DNA of 64,000 bases from Blepharisma stoltei ATCC 30299 (lineage: Eukaryota; Protista; Ciliophora). The stretch spans positions 248,001 through 312,000 of the forward strand of contig CBFDEM010000021.1 in NCBI GenBank assembly GCA_965603825.1. Reading direction: 5' to 3'. The notes below the pieces were generated by a model that was not told where the DNA came from, ran no database searches, and worked only from the letters and a program-made list of their open reading frames with translations. How positions within the stretch are numbered: position 1 is the first letter of the stretch; each line of letters begins with the position of its first letter. Position numbers and translations under genes: made by a program. Below, piece by piece: positions 12,245-25,282 of the stretch.

Positions 12245-12688
12245 ATGATGAACTCAACTTTCGATAATTTTACCAGCGTCTTATCAAAAACATACAAATC
12301 CCCTTCTCCTATATCCTATCGTTTTCAATTGAAAAGTTCTCTATCAAAATCTCCACGAAAGCAAAAAACTCCTAAAAATCTCAAAGAATATACTCTTGAT
12401 GACTTTAAATTTCCTGCAGTATTAAGAATAGCATCACCGAAAACAATAAGAATCAAAACAAAAACCCCATCTAGGCAAAGCAGAGGCTTAACTAATGGAC
12501 TTTGCGTACAAGGAAAATGCGTTAGCACAATGAGAGCTGCATCAGCTCATATGGCGCTGAGCTCTTTTGAACTCCAGGATCCAAATAGAAGCATCAAAAG
12601 CAGATTGCTTGAAAAGCGATCGAAAAACAGTGGACAAATCGTGTTGAATACAGAGCAGGATGAATTTAAAGTATGGGGAGAAAATTAA
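12245..12688 (+). CDS. Hypothetical basic Ser/Lys-rich protein
   Basis: 147-aa ORF, ATG to TAA. Confidence 0.6.
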   Translation: MMNSTFDNFTSVLSKTYKSPSPISYRFQLKSSLSKSPRKQKTPKNLKEYTLDDFKFPAVLRIASPKTIRIKTKTPSRQSRGLTNGLCVQGKCVSTMRAASAHMALSSFELQDPNRSIKSRLLEKRSKNSGQIVLNTEQDEFKVWGEN

Positions 12689-12719
12689 ATAATGTCTATT
12701 TACTTAATTCGTTTAGGAT

Positions 12720-14910
12720 CTATGGGATGTTCATTACAGCGTCAATATATTCCCAAGTCTTATTATCATTTCTTTCTAGTGCCTCCTTAGCTATTTTTTC
12801 TAGAGAAGCTTTACTTATCATCTTAACAGCTAAAATGCATTTATGGGCAGCCTCTCTGCAGTCACTCTGATCAACCACACTTCTTGACAACTTATTTACA
12901 ATAAACTCTAAATCTTTTCCAAAGCTAGAATTTAAGCTTTTAAGTTTTTTATTGTGCTGCAATTCAAAATTTTCTTCTTTTGGATTTTCAATAGCAGAAA
13001 CAATACTTAATAAACAATTTAAAGCTTTAGCTTTAATATTTCCAGCCTGATTTTCATAAATTGAAAGGATTTTATTTACAGCATAGTGGAAAAGTTGGGT
13101 TTTTTTGTAAGTGATAAAAATAATGCTTTCTCTTGTAAAGCTAGATGCATTTGAAAAAATTCTGCTTATTTCGTCAAGCGCTTGCATTTTTACAGTCATT
13201 TGGCTATCATCAAAGCATTTTATAAGTTTTCATATCAGCCTTGAATTAAAGCCATGAGTTTTATAAGAATTGAGAGTTAGCATGGCTTCTTGTCTCATAT
13301 ATGAAATTAATTCATGAGACTTTGTTTTTGGGGAAAGGCATTGAACAATGATTGCATCTATAGTTGAAGAAAAGTCATAAGCTTTATTTCTAATCAAACC
13401 CAAGCACTCTTTATGTAATTCATGCTTTCCTTTATAGCTAATTGTTTTTTGCACAATATTCAAGATAATCTCTGCTGTTTCTTTGTTTTCGTTAAAAGAA
13501 AGACCATTAAGTTTATTCACCAATATTTTAAAGTGAATTCACTGTTTAGTAATTTACCTTTTTATGCTCTGTGTTTCAATTTTTTATATCAGAACTCGCA
13601 AGCAGTCCATTAAGCATTTCGCATATGCATGCTGCAAAAGGAATAAGTTTGTCACAATTCAAAAAAACATTTTTCAATAAGATTTTATTCATTGTCTCAA
13701 AACAATTATTGCCCATTTCTACAATAGAATGGGATTGTGAAAGGCTTTCGCAATGAATAACTATTCATAAAATAGCAGTTGAGTTTTCTATTATAACAGT
13801 AAAATCTTTAATATCATTGATATTTTCATAAACTTTTGCAAGCAAAGTATCTATTGTTTTTAAGCAATTAAGAGCTTGCGGGCCTATCATTGAACTAAGG
13901 GAAAAATTGTATAGAGTTGTAATGATAGTTTCTAATTGAGGGTCAAGCTTTTTTTGGTGGATTGCTGTTTCTAAGTGACCTTCAAGAAGCAAAGCTAAAA
14001 TTCCAAGGGCTGTTTCCCCATTTCATGTTTGAGGCCTAGCTGAGCTAGAAAAGCAATTTATGTGGCACCCACAGTTTTCTTGCTGACTACGTTAATATTA
14101 CATTGAATTGAAAGAGTTAAGGACAATCGGCAAATATGTATCAATTTGCAAAAATCTTCCAAGCAATTTTAAGCCAAGCTCAATTTTTTCTAAAATTTCA
14201 ACTTTTTCATTATTTTCAATAATGAGTCTTGATAAATTCAAAAAAGACTCAATATTTTGGCTCATTCTGTCTTCTGTATACACAATTAATGTAATCAGAA
14301 TATTGGCTGAAAAAATCTTTGAACTTAAATTTCATGCAGAAAATTCTTGCACAGCTCTGTCATAAAGCTTGTCAAAATGCTTTCGAAATAAATATCTAGC
14401 ACCTGCTCTAGGCCGTTTTATAATAGGGTTTGGTATTGATAAACTATGTTTATGCCCTTTTCCTCTGGGATCTCTAATTATTTCGTTATTTTCTCTTTCA
14501 TGTATAGCACCGATTTCTTCTATGATCTCAAAGGTTGTTTCTCTTACAGTTTCGTTATTATCAAAAAGTCCTATAATAAGGTAGGGAATGAGCCACTTCT
14601 CAAGATCATATTTATTTTGATGATTTGTCAAGATGTCCCCACACATCCTTATGAAATTTTCTCTAGCTTCTGGTGAAGAATGTTTTATCACTGAGCAAAT
14701 TATGCTTTGAAAATCAATAAACTTTGATAAGGGTGCGGATTCTGGGTCATCAATAGCAGTTAGCGATTGAAGTAGCTCTATATTTTCTTCCAAATTTCCT
14801 TTATTTATAACATTATTTAAAATTTCAATGCCTTCTATTTTCTTGCTTAAATCTTCGCTTCCTAAATACTCTAAGATGTCTTCTTGGTCTTTTTGTCTTT
14901 GCCTATTCAT
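12720..14910 (-). CDS. DNAAF5: HEAT-repeat dynein axonemal assembly factor 5-like protein
   Basis: Five track ORFs joined by TGAs plus introns 14087-14101 and 13542-13557; LIPYLIIGLFD..EEIGAIHERENNE..RPRAGARYLFR resembles HEATR2/DNAAF5. Confidence 0.7.
13542..13557 (-). other. 16-nt intron
   Basis: GTAAATTACTAAACAG; explains the +1 frame change between ORFs. Confidence 0.8.
14087..14101 (-). other. 15-nt intron
   Basis: GTAATATTAACGTAG, in-frame TAA. Confidence 0.8.
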
Positions 14911-15061
14911 ATTTAGATATATTCGCTATCTCCATTAAAAACCTCAGTTTTTAAATTGAATCGAGTTAGTAAAAATTAAAAACAAAAGAGCATTACTAAA
15001 GAATTTTTTAAGATTAATAAAATTCTCGGAAAATTATTATGTTTCAATATAAATATTTTTT

Positions 15062-15354
15062 ATAAAAATGTTTTGAAGTAGTTAATTTATAAATTTATAA
15101 AGAAAAATTAATAATTTATAGTTCTAATGCTTTTCAATATTATTAAAAATTTTTTGCATTAATTAGATTCGTTTATATATCATATGATTTTTTTTTCTAA
15201 TTTCATAAATAATAAATAGGAAGACGATTTATATATTTTTTATTTCAAATCATTTTGATAATAATTAGCATATATCTATTAGCATTTGAGAGTTATAAAT
15301 CCTATAAAATATTTAATCAAAACATTTTTATCTAAACTACTTTGAAGTAGTTAA
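15062..15354. repeat. Inverted/direct repeat cluster in divergent intergenic region
   Basis: 15-bp inverted repeat ATAAAAATGTTTTGA 15062-76 / TCAAAACATTTTTAT 15317-31; 14-bp direct repeat TTTGAAGTAGTTAA 15072-85 and 15341-54; palindrome AACTACTT-TG-AAGTAGTT 15335-52. Confidence 0.6.
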
Positions 15355-15393
15355 ATAAAAATAAAAGCAGGGGGCTAATTTATAAAAATTATA

Positions 15394-16431
15394 ATGTCAA
15401 AATCGCCAGATAGTAATACTCTAGTTGATTTCTATAGCTCGATCACTACTCTTCACCAAGAATCTCAAGCTCGTATTAACAATGTATTTGAAAGTCTCAG
15501 GCAAGAAGCAGTTGCTCTTCTTCACAAGTATCTTGTCTCCCTCAACAATGAAGATCCTGAAGAAGCCTCTACAAACACTTCAGCCTCCCCTAAGCACTCA
15601 AAGAATCCCGAAAACCTTATCTATCCTAGCAGCACTGAAAATCCACCTCAAAAGCCTCAACTCAGAATTGCAAAAACTGAAAATTCCAAAACCAGAGAAG
15701 AAAGTAACGAAGAGGAAAATGACTCAGATGCTCCTAATCTGCCTACCAAAAGAAAACGTAGAGCCAGAATTGATATTTTTAATCTTGAAATTCCTTACCT
15801 CAATGAGTTCAAAGAAAAAGTCGAAAATTTTAAAGAAATGGCCAGGAATTTATATGACAAAAACATTTCGCCAAAAATAATTTCAAAACTATTGAATTTC
15901 CCTCTAAATCAGATACATGTGCTCGGAAACTGGACTCAAATTTCATATGATATCGCTAAAAAAAATCGAGAAATAAAGAAAAACGTCTTGAAATTATCTG
16001 AGGAAGGGCTTTCTATAAGTGATATTTGTGATAAAATTTCAATAAAGAAAAATATAGCAAGTATGATATTAGACGAATGCTCTTTAGTAGCTGTTATTAG
16101 ATCGCCAGAAGATAAAAGAAAATTTATTAAATATGTGATAGAGAATGATAAGGTTTCAAAGAATGTTATATCAAAAATCACAGGAATTAATATAGTGAAG
16201 CTTTATGAGTGAATTAATCAGTATAATAGTAATCTACCTTTTAGCAATGATGAAATTATAACTGAAGACGAAGGATATACAAGAGAAGAGATTAGAGAAG
16301 TGATATATAATTATTTCATGAGTGGCTCTGCAGAAGCAGCAGCCAGAAAAAATGGAATTGCAAACCCGGAATTAGTTATGAAATGGGTGACCTATTTGGA
16401 GAATTGCGGTAAATCAAAAAAAAGCGAATAA
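15394..16431 (+). CDS. Tandem helix-turn-helix protein (IS3/IS150 OrfA-like HTHs), no catalytic domain seen
   Basis: ORF extended through TGA 16210-12 (KLYEWINQY) to TAA 16429-31; about four HTH-like units, the last YTREEIREVI..GSAEAAARKNGIANPELVMKWV. Confidence 0.7.
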
Positions 16432-16652
16432 ATGTAATTTAAATTTGTTAAATTTATTAGCAGCTTTTAGAGCAATAGTTTTTAATTTAAATGGTCAAAT
16501 TATGTATAATATTGAGCATATTATTTTATAGTAAATATAGTATAGCATCGATATGCATCATCTTCATTCAAGTCAGATCATTAAATAATTGAATTTATAC
16601 CTAAACACACAGAACTATGATTTATTAGTTTCAAAGCCAAACAAATATAAAT

Positions 16653-18062
16653 ATGGATTTATCAAAACCCTATGATGAAGAAATTTACGAGACAGAACAA
16701 TTCATAAAAAAACTTAGAAATAAATCAAAAGCCACTGAAGAATCTTCATGAGAAAAATTTAAAGCATCACTTATAGTGATCCAGAATTCAGAGAGAGAGC
16801 TTTTTGTGTTGTTTTTTATTAATATCATGCTAAGCCTTGACTATTATATATTGACAACAATGATTCCGCTTTATTTTTCCCAGGAAGAAGGTGCATCTGA
16901 TACTGAGGCTGGAGTTATCTTCGGGCTTGTAGGTATTGTAATAGGTATTCTTGCCGTTTTTCTGGGCCCATTTGTGAATAAATTAGGCTGCAAGCAATCA
17001 TTAATTGTATCAGGGGGATTTACATTTATCGGATATTTGCTTCTCTTATCGACGAGAAATATAATAGTAAATCTGATAGGGGTTATATGTTTTTTAACCG
17101 TAGGATGCTCAATGTCATGATCTGTTGTAGAATTAGGGGCTAAATTGTATACAGCAAAAGAAGCAAGAAACACAAGTAATTCCTTGTTAATGATAGGGAA
17201 TTTTTTCTCAGGAATTTTGGCTGGGACTGCTATTGATTTTATTTGGACAAATAATGGCAATATAAATAACAAATATTTCACCATTTACAGCACTGCTGCT
17301 TTTGCTGCAGGATTATCATTTCTTGCAGCAATATCTATGAGGGAGCCACGTGAAACTGAAACTGAAGAAGAGGAAGAAATTATTTTTTCAAGAAATTTGT
17401 ATATAAAGAAAAAATTTTGGAGATTTTTAGCACTAATTTTTCTATTGATTTTACTTAGAAGTGGGTGCTTTGGGCATTTAGATGCGACTTTTCCAAAATA
17501 TCTTACAAGACAAGAAGGAGAAAAAGCTCACTTTGGTGCATATTTAGCTTTACATTCTGCGACAATGCTGTGCGGCACCATAGGCTTTACCCCAATTTCC
17601 TATAATTTTTCAAGTTATTCTTTAATCCTAGCAGGAGCTGTTATGGGCTCGATTGCTCCTTTATTTTTAGCTATAGGGGGAAGCACATTTTATTTTATTT
17701 GCTTTGTGCTCGTGGTGTCTGCAGGTGAGAGTTTATGGGTTCCAAGATTATTAGACTACACTATAAGAATTGCACCTAAAGGAGAAGAAGGGACCTATTT
17801 AGCATTATGCAATTGTCCCTTTTACTTTGGGATGATTGTGACCGGAATTTTTTCTGGAAATTTACTTGAGATGTATTGTCCTGAGGAAGGAGAAAACAAC
17901 TGCGACAAAATGTGACTTATTATAGGAATTTGTGGTATAGTAATTCCCATCTTGTTGTTTATGTTTAGAAAAATACTAGAGCAGCCAGATGAAGAAGAAA
18001 ATCCATATATGCCTTGCTTTAAAGAAGGAAATATTAATTATGATAAAGTTCCAATAAACTAA
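16653..18062 (+). CDS. MFS transporter (POT/PTR-like)
   Basis: Many hydrophobic segments, GPFVNKLGCK loop, GESLWVP..IAPKGEEGTY; three TGA joins; TAA 18060-62. Confidence 0.85.
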
Positions 18063-18244
18063 TGCTAAATAATAATGCATTTTATTAAGATGAAACAATA
18101 AAATTCATTTTTTATGTAAACTGCGATTAAGTTTCATATATTTTATAAGCATCTATACAAAAAATTCACATTTCCAATATTTTACACATCTACAAGAATT
18201 TCAAACATATTTTATTCCTAATAAATCTTAATTCCATAAAAATA

Positions 18245-21175
18245 ATGGACGAAACCCTGATTATCCAAGCTTTCGCAACTAGCCTCACAAATAACAACGA
18301 AATTCGTCATAAGGCTGAGGAATATCTTCTCTCTGTTCAAAGTTCTCCAGGTCTAATCCCCATTCTCGTCAAAATTTCTCTTAGCAATGAGCATCTCCCA
18401 ATCAAGCAGAACGCAGCTATATTTTTAAAGAATTTAACAAAAACCTGAAAAGACTCAAAACGAGATTTTACCCTCACAATCGAGGATAAAAACTATTTAA
18501 AGGCCAACATAATGTACTGTTTACGATATTCCATTGCTGAGAAAATTCGTTCACAGTTCGAAGAAATTGCACACAACATAGCAAAGGCAGATTTTCCTTG
18601 AACTGAAATTTTAATTCAATGTGATGAAGCCCTGCAGTCAAGAGACGCAGACCTGATCCATTCAGGTTTAGATATGATACACCAAATAGCAAGGGTTTAT
18701 GAGTTTGTTATGAATGAACGAAGAAATAATCTGAAAGTCCTGGTTTCGAGATATTTTCCTATAATTGATTCCTTATTTACACATTTATTAGGAGAGGAAA
18801 ATGAAAACGCTTATAAGTACATTTGCTTGATTTTACAGATTTATTGGGTTTGCTTTTATATTGAGCTGCCTGAAGACCAAGCAAGTAAAGAGAGCTTGTC
18901 AAGCTGGCTAACTAAATTTAAAATTATTTTGGATAAAGATCTAGGGGAGCTTGAAAATCCGGTCGAAAATGAAGATGAAGCAAAAATAAGAGAGGAATCA
19001 CCTCAATGGGCTTGCAAAAGATGGGTAGCTCAAATAGTGCACCGCTTTTTCAACAGATATTTCAACTTGCATCATTTAAATGGGCATAGCAGAGCTATAG
19101 GTGAGCATTTTCAATCTAATTGGGCTGTTCCTTTTTTTGAATCTATTTTGCCATTACTTTTAAAGCGGACTGCTCATTTTATACCAAATATCGTTGCAAA
19201 TTACCTTTTAAAATACATAAATCAAGCCGTAAAATTCCCTGTGACTTGTGAAATATTAAAAGCTAAAGTCACAAATTCTAATCAGCTCATTATTCATTTA
19301 TTAGTTACAGACATTATAGTTCCTTATTTATGCCGAGTAAAAACTGACGAAGAACTATGAGAAGAAAACCCTATCGAATATGTCAGAAAAGAAACTGACC
19401 TAAGCAGGGCTTACTATTCACCGAAAAGCTCAGCAATTGATTTACTAATAACTCTTGCTGAAAAAGGGTATTTAAATCAATTTTTAGATTACGCAGTGCG
19501 AGAGCTTGTGTCAAGCCCTCAGCTACTTAAAAAAGAAGCCTTATTATTAGCAATTGGATCGCTTTATCAATTAATGAAAGAAAATGAAGCCATTTCTCAA
19601 AATGTCCAAAATCTACTACTTACACACGTTTTACCTGAATTTGGCAGCCAAATTGGATTTTTACGCTCAAGAGCCATTTGGATGTATGGACAGTTCACAA
19701 ACTTCCCTTATTCAGATCCAAGTCATCAACAGTTAGTTGTACAAAAAACATGCCAACTTTTGCAGGACCCTGAGCTTCCTGTAAGGATTGAAGCTGCCAT
19801 TGCATTACCTCGACTTCTTATATGGGAAATCGCTAAAGAAAGTGTAGGAAAAGAAGTTGGTACATTATTAAATATATATAAAGTATTAATGAGCGAAATT
19901 GAATTAGAAGAATTAATTGATGCATTAGAAGACATAGTTTCTAGATTTCCAAAAGAAACAGTCCCTTATGCTTTGGATTTATCTGAACATCTTACACAAA
20001 ATTTCTTACGAATTTCTGAAAAAGACGCAAAAGATGACGATGGGGATAATGCAATGGCTGCTATTTCTATATTGAATACTATATCAAAAATAATTGATGT
20101 GCTTGAAGATAGAAATGAAGATTTAGTTAAAATTTCTTTAATAGTGAATCCTATACTAGAGTTCTGTTTAAGTTCTAAAGGATCAGAGTATTTTGAAGAA
20201 GCCTTGCACTGCTTAACAAGCTTGCTTTATTATGCACCTTCTGGATCATTAGTGCACCTATATAAATATGCAGGATATTTAAAACTTTCCTTATTAGGCG
20301 AAGGAGAAATAAAGCCATATGGAAGGGACCATCTAGAAGAGGTTTTTTCACCTCTAGCTAATTACATATCAAAATACCCACAGCAAACTTTAGCAAATAT
20401 CCTTGTATTTTTTGACCTTGCTATTAAATTACTAAAAGAGGATGAGCAGGAAATAATTACTGGTTGCAAAATTTTTATAGCGATTATTGAAAATAATCAA
20501 GGGAGAATTAATCAAGCCCTGCCACAAATTGTTCAAATTGTATGAAAAGCGACGAATACTCTTTCAAGAAAGGTAAAAGTTATTGGATGTGAAGTTATAT
20601 TGGTAGCGCTGTGAAATAATCCAATTATTACTTGTCAAGGATTGCAAAATAATAATGTTCTTGTGGATCTTTTATCATTTTGCTTTGAAAATGTAATGCA
20701 TTTCAAAGAATCCATGGCTAGAGCACACATGATTGTTGGTTTAGGGTCGCTATTATATCTAGGAGAGCAGCTTCCTCAAATCATTTCAAATAACTTAGGG
20801 ATTATTTTGCAAAAAGTTCTGACGATTTATAAAGGAACTTTAGATGAAAAATCTGAATTTCATCAAGAAAATAATAGCCAAACTCCTACATTTGTAGACT
20901 CTGAGCAATTAAAGCAAGAATACTCCAAACTTTTATACGATTATAAATTCTCACAAAAAACCGATGACAGTGAAGAAGATAGTGATGAGGATAATTATGG
21001 CTTTAGCACAGAACCAGAAGATTTATATGATTCTCCATTTGAATCGTTAAGTTTGAAGGAGTTTCTGAAAGCAATTTTTACAAATTTCGGAGCAAAAAAT
21101 GAGGAAGTTTATAAAGGAATGATCTCAAAATTAAGTGAAGAAGATATTGCAGTGTTAGGAATGATAATGAGTTAA
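18245..21175 (+). CDS. Importin-beta family, importin-7/8 (Nmd5/Sxm1)-like (~976 aa)
   Basis: IBN_N motif AAIFLKNLTKTW, DFPW, DEELWEENPIEYVRK, FLRSRAIW, ELPVRIEAA; single frame with TGA=Trp. Confidence 0.9.
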
Positions 21176-21189
21176 ATAATAATAATTCT

Positions 21190-21807
21190 ATGGAAGAAAC
21201 ACCATTACATATCCAAAGATTGCAGGCATTAGTGCCATCATTGAAATACAAATTTAACACTGAAAATTCAAGAAAGACTGTGCCGAAACTATTAGATTTC
21301 CTTAAAACCCAGGAAAACTTTAATTTAAGCTGCCATAAGAAGCCTTTTACGAAAACTAAGAGTGAAAAAGAAACAAATATTTTTTCAAGTTTTAGGGAAT
21401 CTCAACATAAATTTTCCACCGAAGTCACTAAACGAAGAATATCAAATATACAATCTTTGCCGGATTTGAAAAACAGAGATTTAGAATATATATCAATTAA
21501 AACGACAAGAAAAATACTAAATTCAATTGAACAATATAATTTGTCTCTAAGTAGGCATAAAGAAAACTATCATAAATGTAAAAATTTTAGATGCAAAAGA
21601 AAAAAATACACTGAAAAATTTTGCGTTTATGGGTGCATGAAGCCTATAAAACCGATTGCTGAAAAATTTAAACTTGAAGGTCATATCAGTAACAGGGATG
21701 GAAGAATTTCAGAAAGACCTATTAATAAGAAATTTGCTGAACAAGGAACAGATATGGGAGATTTTGCTATACAATCAGCAAGAGAGTTCAAACCTCAATT
21801 TGATTAA
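21190..21807 (+). CDS. Hypothetical basic protein
   Basis: 205-aa ORF, ATG to TAA. Confidence 0.65.
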   Translation: MEETPLHIQRLQALVPSLKYKFNTENSRKTVPKLLDFLKTQENFNLSCHKKPFTKTKSEKETNIFSSFRESQHKFSTEVTKRRISNIQSLPDLKNRDLEYISIKTTRKILNSIEQYNLSLSRHKENYHKCKNFRCKRKKYTEKFCVYGCMKPIKPIAEKFKLEGHISNRDGRISERPINKKFAEQGTDMGDFAIQSAREFKPQFD

Positions 21808-21967
21808 GTATTTTAATATACATTATTTGGCATGTAAAGGGATTTTAAGAGTATGATTTATTAAAAGCTTAATTTTTATTTTTTTAAATAATTTATATTA
21901 TAATAATTGCGCATAAATCATTTAGATTTGTATCCAATTTTGGATTATTTTTATAATTATTTTAAAA

Positions 21968-24900
21968 ATGGAGGGAATTTTTGATGCTCTGCCAAAACTT
22001 CTTTCTTCTAGTAGTTCAGTCAGAAACCAAGCTGAAGAAGAAATTAATAAACAATTCAATTTGTCTGCTTTAGAATTTGCTAATTACTTAATCAATGCAA
22101 TGAAATCAGAAAATGAAAATATTACAATCTTGGCTATTATTTTATTCCAAAGAAAAATTATTGACACACATGCAATTTTGAGCTTCCCAAGCGATAATCA
22201 AAATCAAATAAAAACAGATATACTTAGCTTAATCAGTAGCACTAGAAATTTATTTTTTACTAAAAAACTTGGATATTTATTAGAATGTTTCTTCAATATA
22301 GCTAATTTAGGAAATGATTATTTCGAGTTATTATCAAAATATATCAGTCAAATAGATTATAAAGAATTTGCATTTTACCTAATAGAAATTCAATCTGATT
22401 TCCCAAATCTATTGAGATATGCTTTAAATAATTCAAGCCAGATTATTCACATACTTTTACCTTCACTTCAAGATAAAAATCCAAATTTAGTAATAAGCTG
22501 TATTAGAGCTTTATCAAAATTTATTTCAAGCCTTAGCAATGAAACCCAAATGATCGAATTTATGCCTCTTTCCAAAAGTTTACTTGAGTATTTAATTAAA
22601 GCAATAAATAATTCAGAGATTAACTTAGAAAAAGCAAAGCACACGCTAATTAATATAGCAGAATTAACAGAAAAATTCCCTCGATTTTGAATGAACGAAA
22701 TTAATTTATTAATAAATACAATGATACAAATAGCAAAAAATGACGCATTGCGAAGCTATATAAGAGGCCAAGCAATTGAAATAATTTCAACAATTATTCA
22801 AAAAACTCCTGGACTATTAAAACAATATAAAGCAGTTATAGAAGAAATATGCAAATGCTCTTTTAGCTTGATAAGTGAAGTCTATTTTATTAATGATATT
22901 GAAAGATGAAATACAGAAAACTGAGAAGATGATATTGCAAAAAACAATCTAAATATTGTAGGAAAAGAGCTATTAATCAAAACTGCTGAGTTCATTGGCC
23001 CAGAATTAGTGGCACCTTTTTGCTTATCAATTATACCAAATCTTATAAACAGCTCTGAATGAGTAAATCAATATACTGGAATTTTGGGATTAGGGATTAT
23101 CGCAGGATTTTGCAAAGAACAGTTCGAGAATGAGCTTGAAAACATCATTATTTTATTGGAAAAATCAATTTTAATAGATAACCCAAGAATCAAATGAGCA
23201 GTTGGGGCTACAATCAATTCTTTGTGCATAGAAATTAGTCCTGCGATTCAGCTGAGATTTCATGCAAGTATCGTTCAAATTATTTATAATTTATTATCTT
23301 CAAGATATCAAAAAATCCAGTGTGAAGCTACAAAAGCTCTTGTCAGTTTTATAAACCCAATAAAAGCTAGAGATGATATTGATTCTTTTGAGGTTTTCAA
23401 AACTTATATAATTAGCATTATGCAAGTTCTGGCTTCGATAATTGATTATTCAACTAAGCATAATCAATATGAGCTGTTACTTGAAGCTATAAAAAGCACA
23501 TCAATTCTAGCTGATGTCTTACAAAATAATTTCCTACCATTTTATTATTTATTTATGCCTTACTTACTATCTGTTATAGAATCTCCAATTTTTTCAAAAC
23601 AGAACCAAGAAATCAGAGCAGAAGCAATCCGCTGTACTGGATATCTTGTTGAGTCGTTGTCAGAAAACTACACCAATTATATAAAAGATGCTCAAAGGAT
23701 TATGAACATACTAACTGATTTAAAAAAGAACCTTGATAAAGATGACCCTTCGTTTTTTGCTATTTTTGAAGTAATTTCAAGCTTTGCAGAATGCCTGAAA
23801 GAAGAGTTTTATCCATATATGGACTCATTTTTACCTGAGCTTCTCGAAAATGCTCAGCTGAATGTGAATATTTCTATTACAGATATTGAAGAAGATGAAG
23901 ATTTGCCCCCAGGTCACAGTTTAGTAAAAATTGAAATTAGCCCTCAAGAAATCAAAAAATTGGCCATTGATTCTTCAACTCTTCAATTGAAAATTCATGC
24001 ATGCCAAACTTTATATGAACTCATATCAGCTTTAAAAGAATCTTATTATCCGTATTCTGAAATCACAATAGACACATTAATTCCTTTATTCTCTTTTTCA
24101 TATAGCGTAAATGTAAGAAAATCCAGTGTAAAAGCAGTCACTGCAATTTTTGCTTCTTCTTATGATAAAGATTATACAGATAATTTACTAGCCAAATTAT
24201 GGCCTATATATACAAACTCATTAAGTAAGCCAAATTTGGTACCTAATGATACACAAATTTTATTGAAGGGATTATTATTCACAATCCATCATGCAGGAGA
24301 TTTACATAAGATTGGTCTTGACTCTGCCAAAAGTTTATCTGTTTTATTATCAAATCATGCGAAATTGTTAATTAGCAGAAAAGAAAAACGAGATGCCGAA
24401 TTTCAGCAGTATTTAAATGTGGATTTGCATAGGCAAGAGATCGAATTACTTGAAAAAGAAGAAATTCTTGATAATAAAATCCTCAGGCTAATTATGGAAA
24501 TTATAGGAAAACTATTGAAATCTTTCAAAAAAGATTTTCAAAATATTTTCTTAATGAATTTTAAAGATATTTATGCGCAGTATTTATTTAAAGATGATGC
24601 AGAAAAACTCGAAATTTTATCAGCTTTGTGTATTTTCATTGATTATGTAGAGTTTACAGAAGATCTATTTTGGGAGCCTGGAAAATGTAGAATAATTGAA
24701 CAGATGCTGAAATATTCAAATGCAAAAAATAAAGAAATTAGACAGTCTGCTTTATATGGAATTGGGGTTTGTGCTCAAGTATGTAATGTAAAAGAGTTTA
24801 GCATATACTTAGAAAAAGCTATTGAAGCAGTAAAAGCTGCAATAACTGACCCAAATGCAAGAAGCAAAAAATATGATATTTCAACAGATTGTGCAATAGG

Positions 24901-25165
24901 CGCTTTAGGAAAAATTGCTTTATTCCATAAAAATGAGCTGATTGAAGAGTGGCTGAATTATTTGCCTATAAAGGCAGAACCTGAAGAATCACAAAACGTT
25001 CATAAATTATTTTTATCTAACTATGAGAGGTTAAAATGCTACCCAAGAAGCAATAATATAATTTCAGAGCTTGCAAGGCTACGAATTGATGAGAAGAATA
25101 TTGATATTTTAGACAATGAAGGCTTAGAGATTTTAACACAAATCCTTAATCTCAATATTTCATAA
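21968..25165 (+). CDS. Importin-beta family, importin-5/4 (Pse1/Kap123)-like, divergent (~1065 aa)
   Basis: VRNQAEE, NPRIKW(TGA)AVG, EIRQSALYGIG, TDCAIGALGKI, WLNYLPIKAEPEE; single frame. Confidence 0.85.
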
Positions 25166-25282
25166 ATAAATAAAGAAGTATTTTATTAAAATAAATTGAA
25201 CGCATTATTTCTTTATATTGTTTGGTAAACAATGAAATTATTTTACCACATTTATCACTAACAACTAATTATAGAAAGTTTT

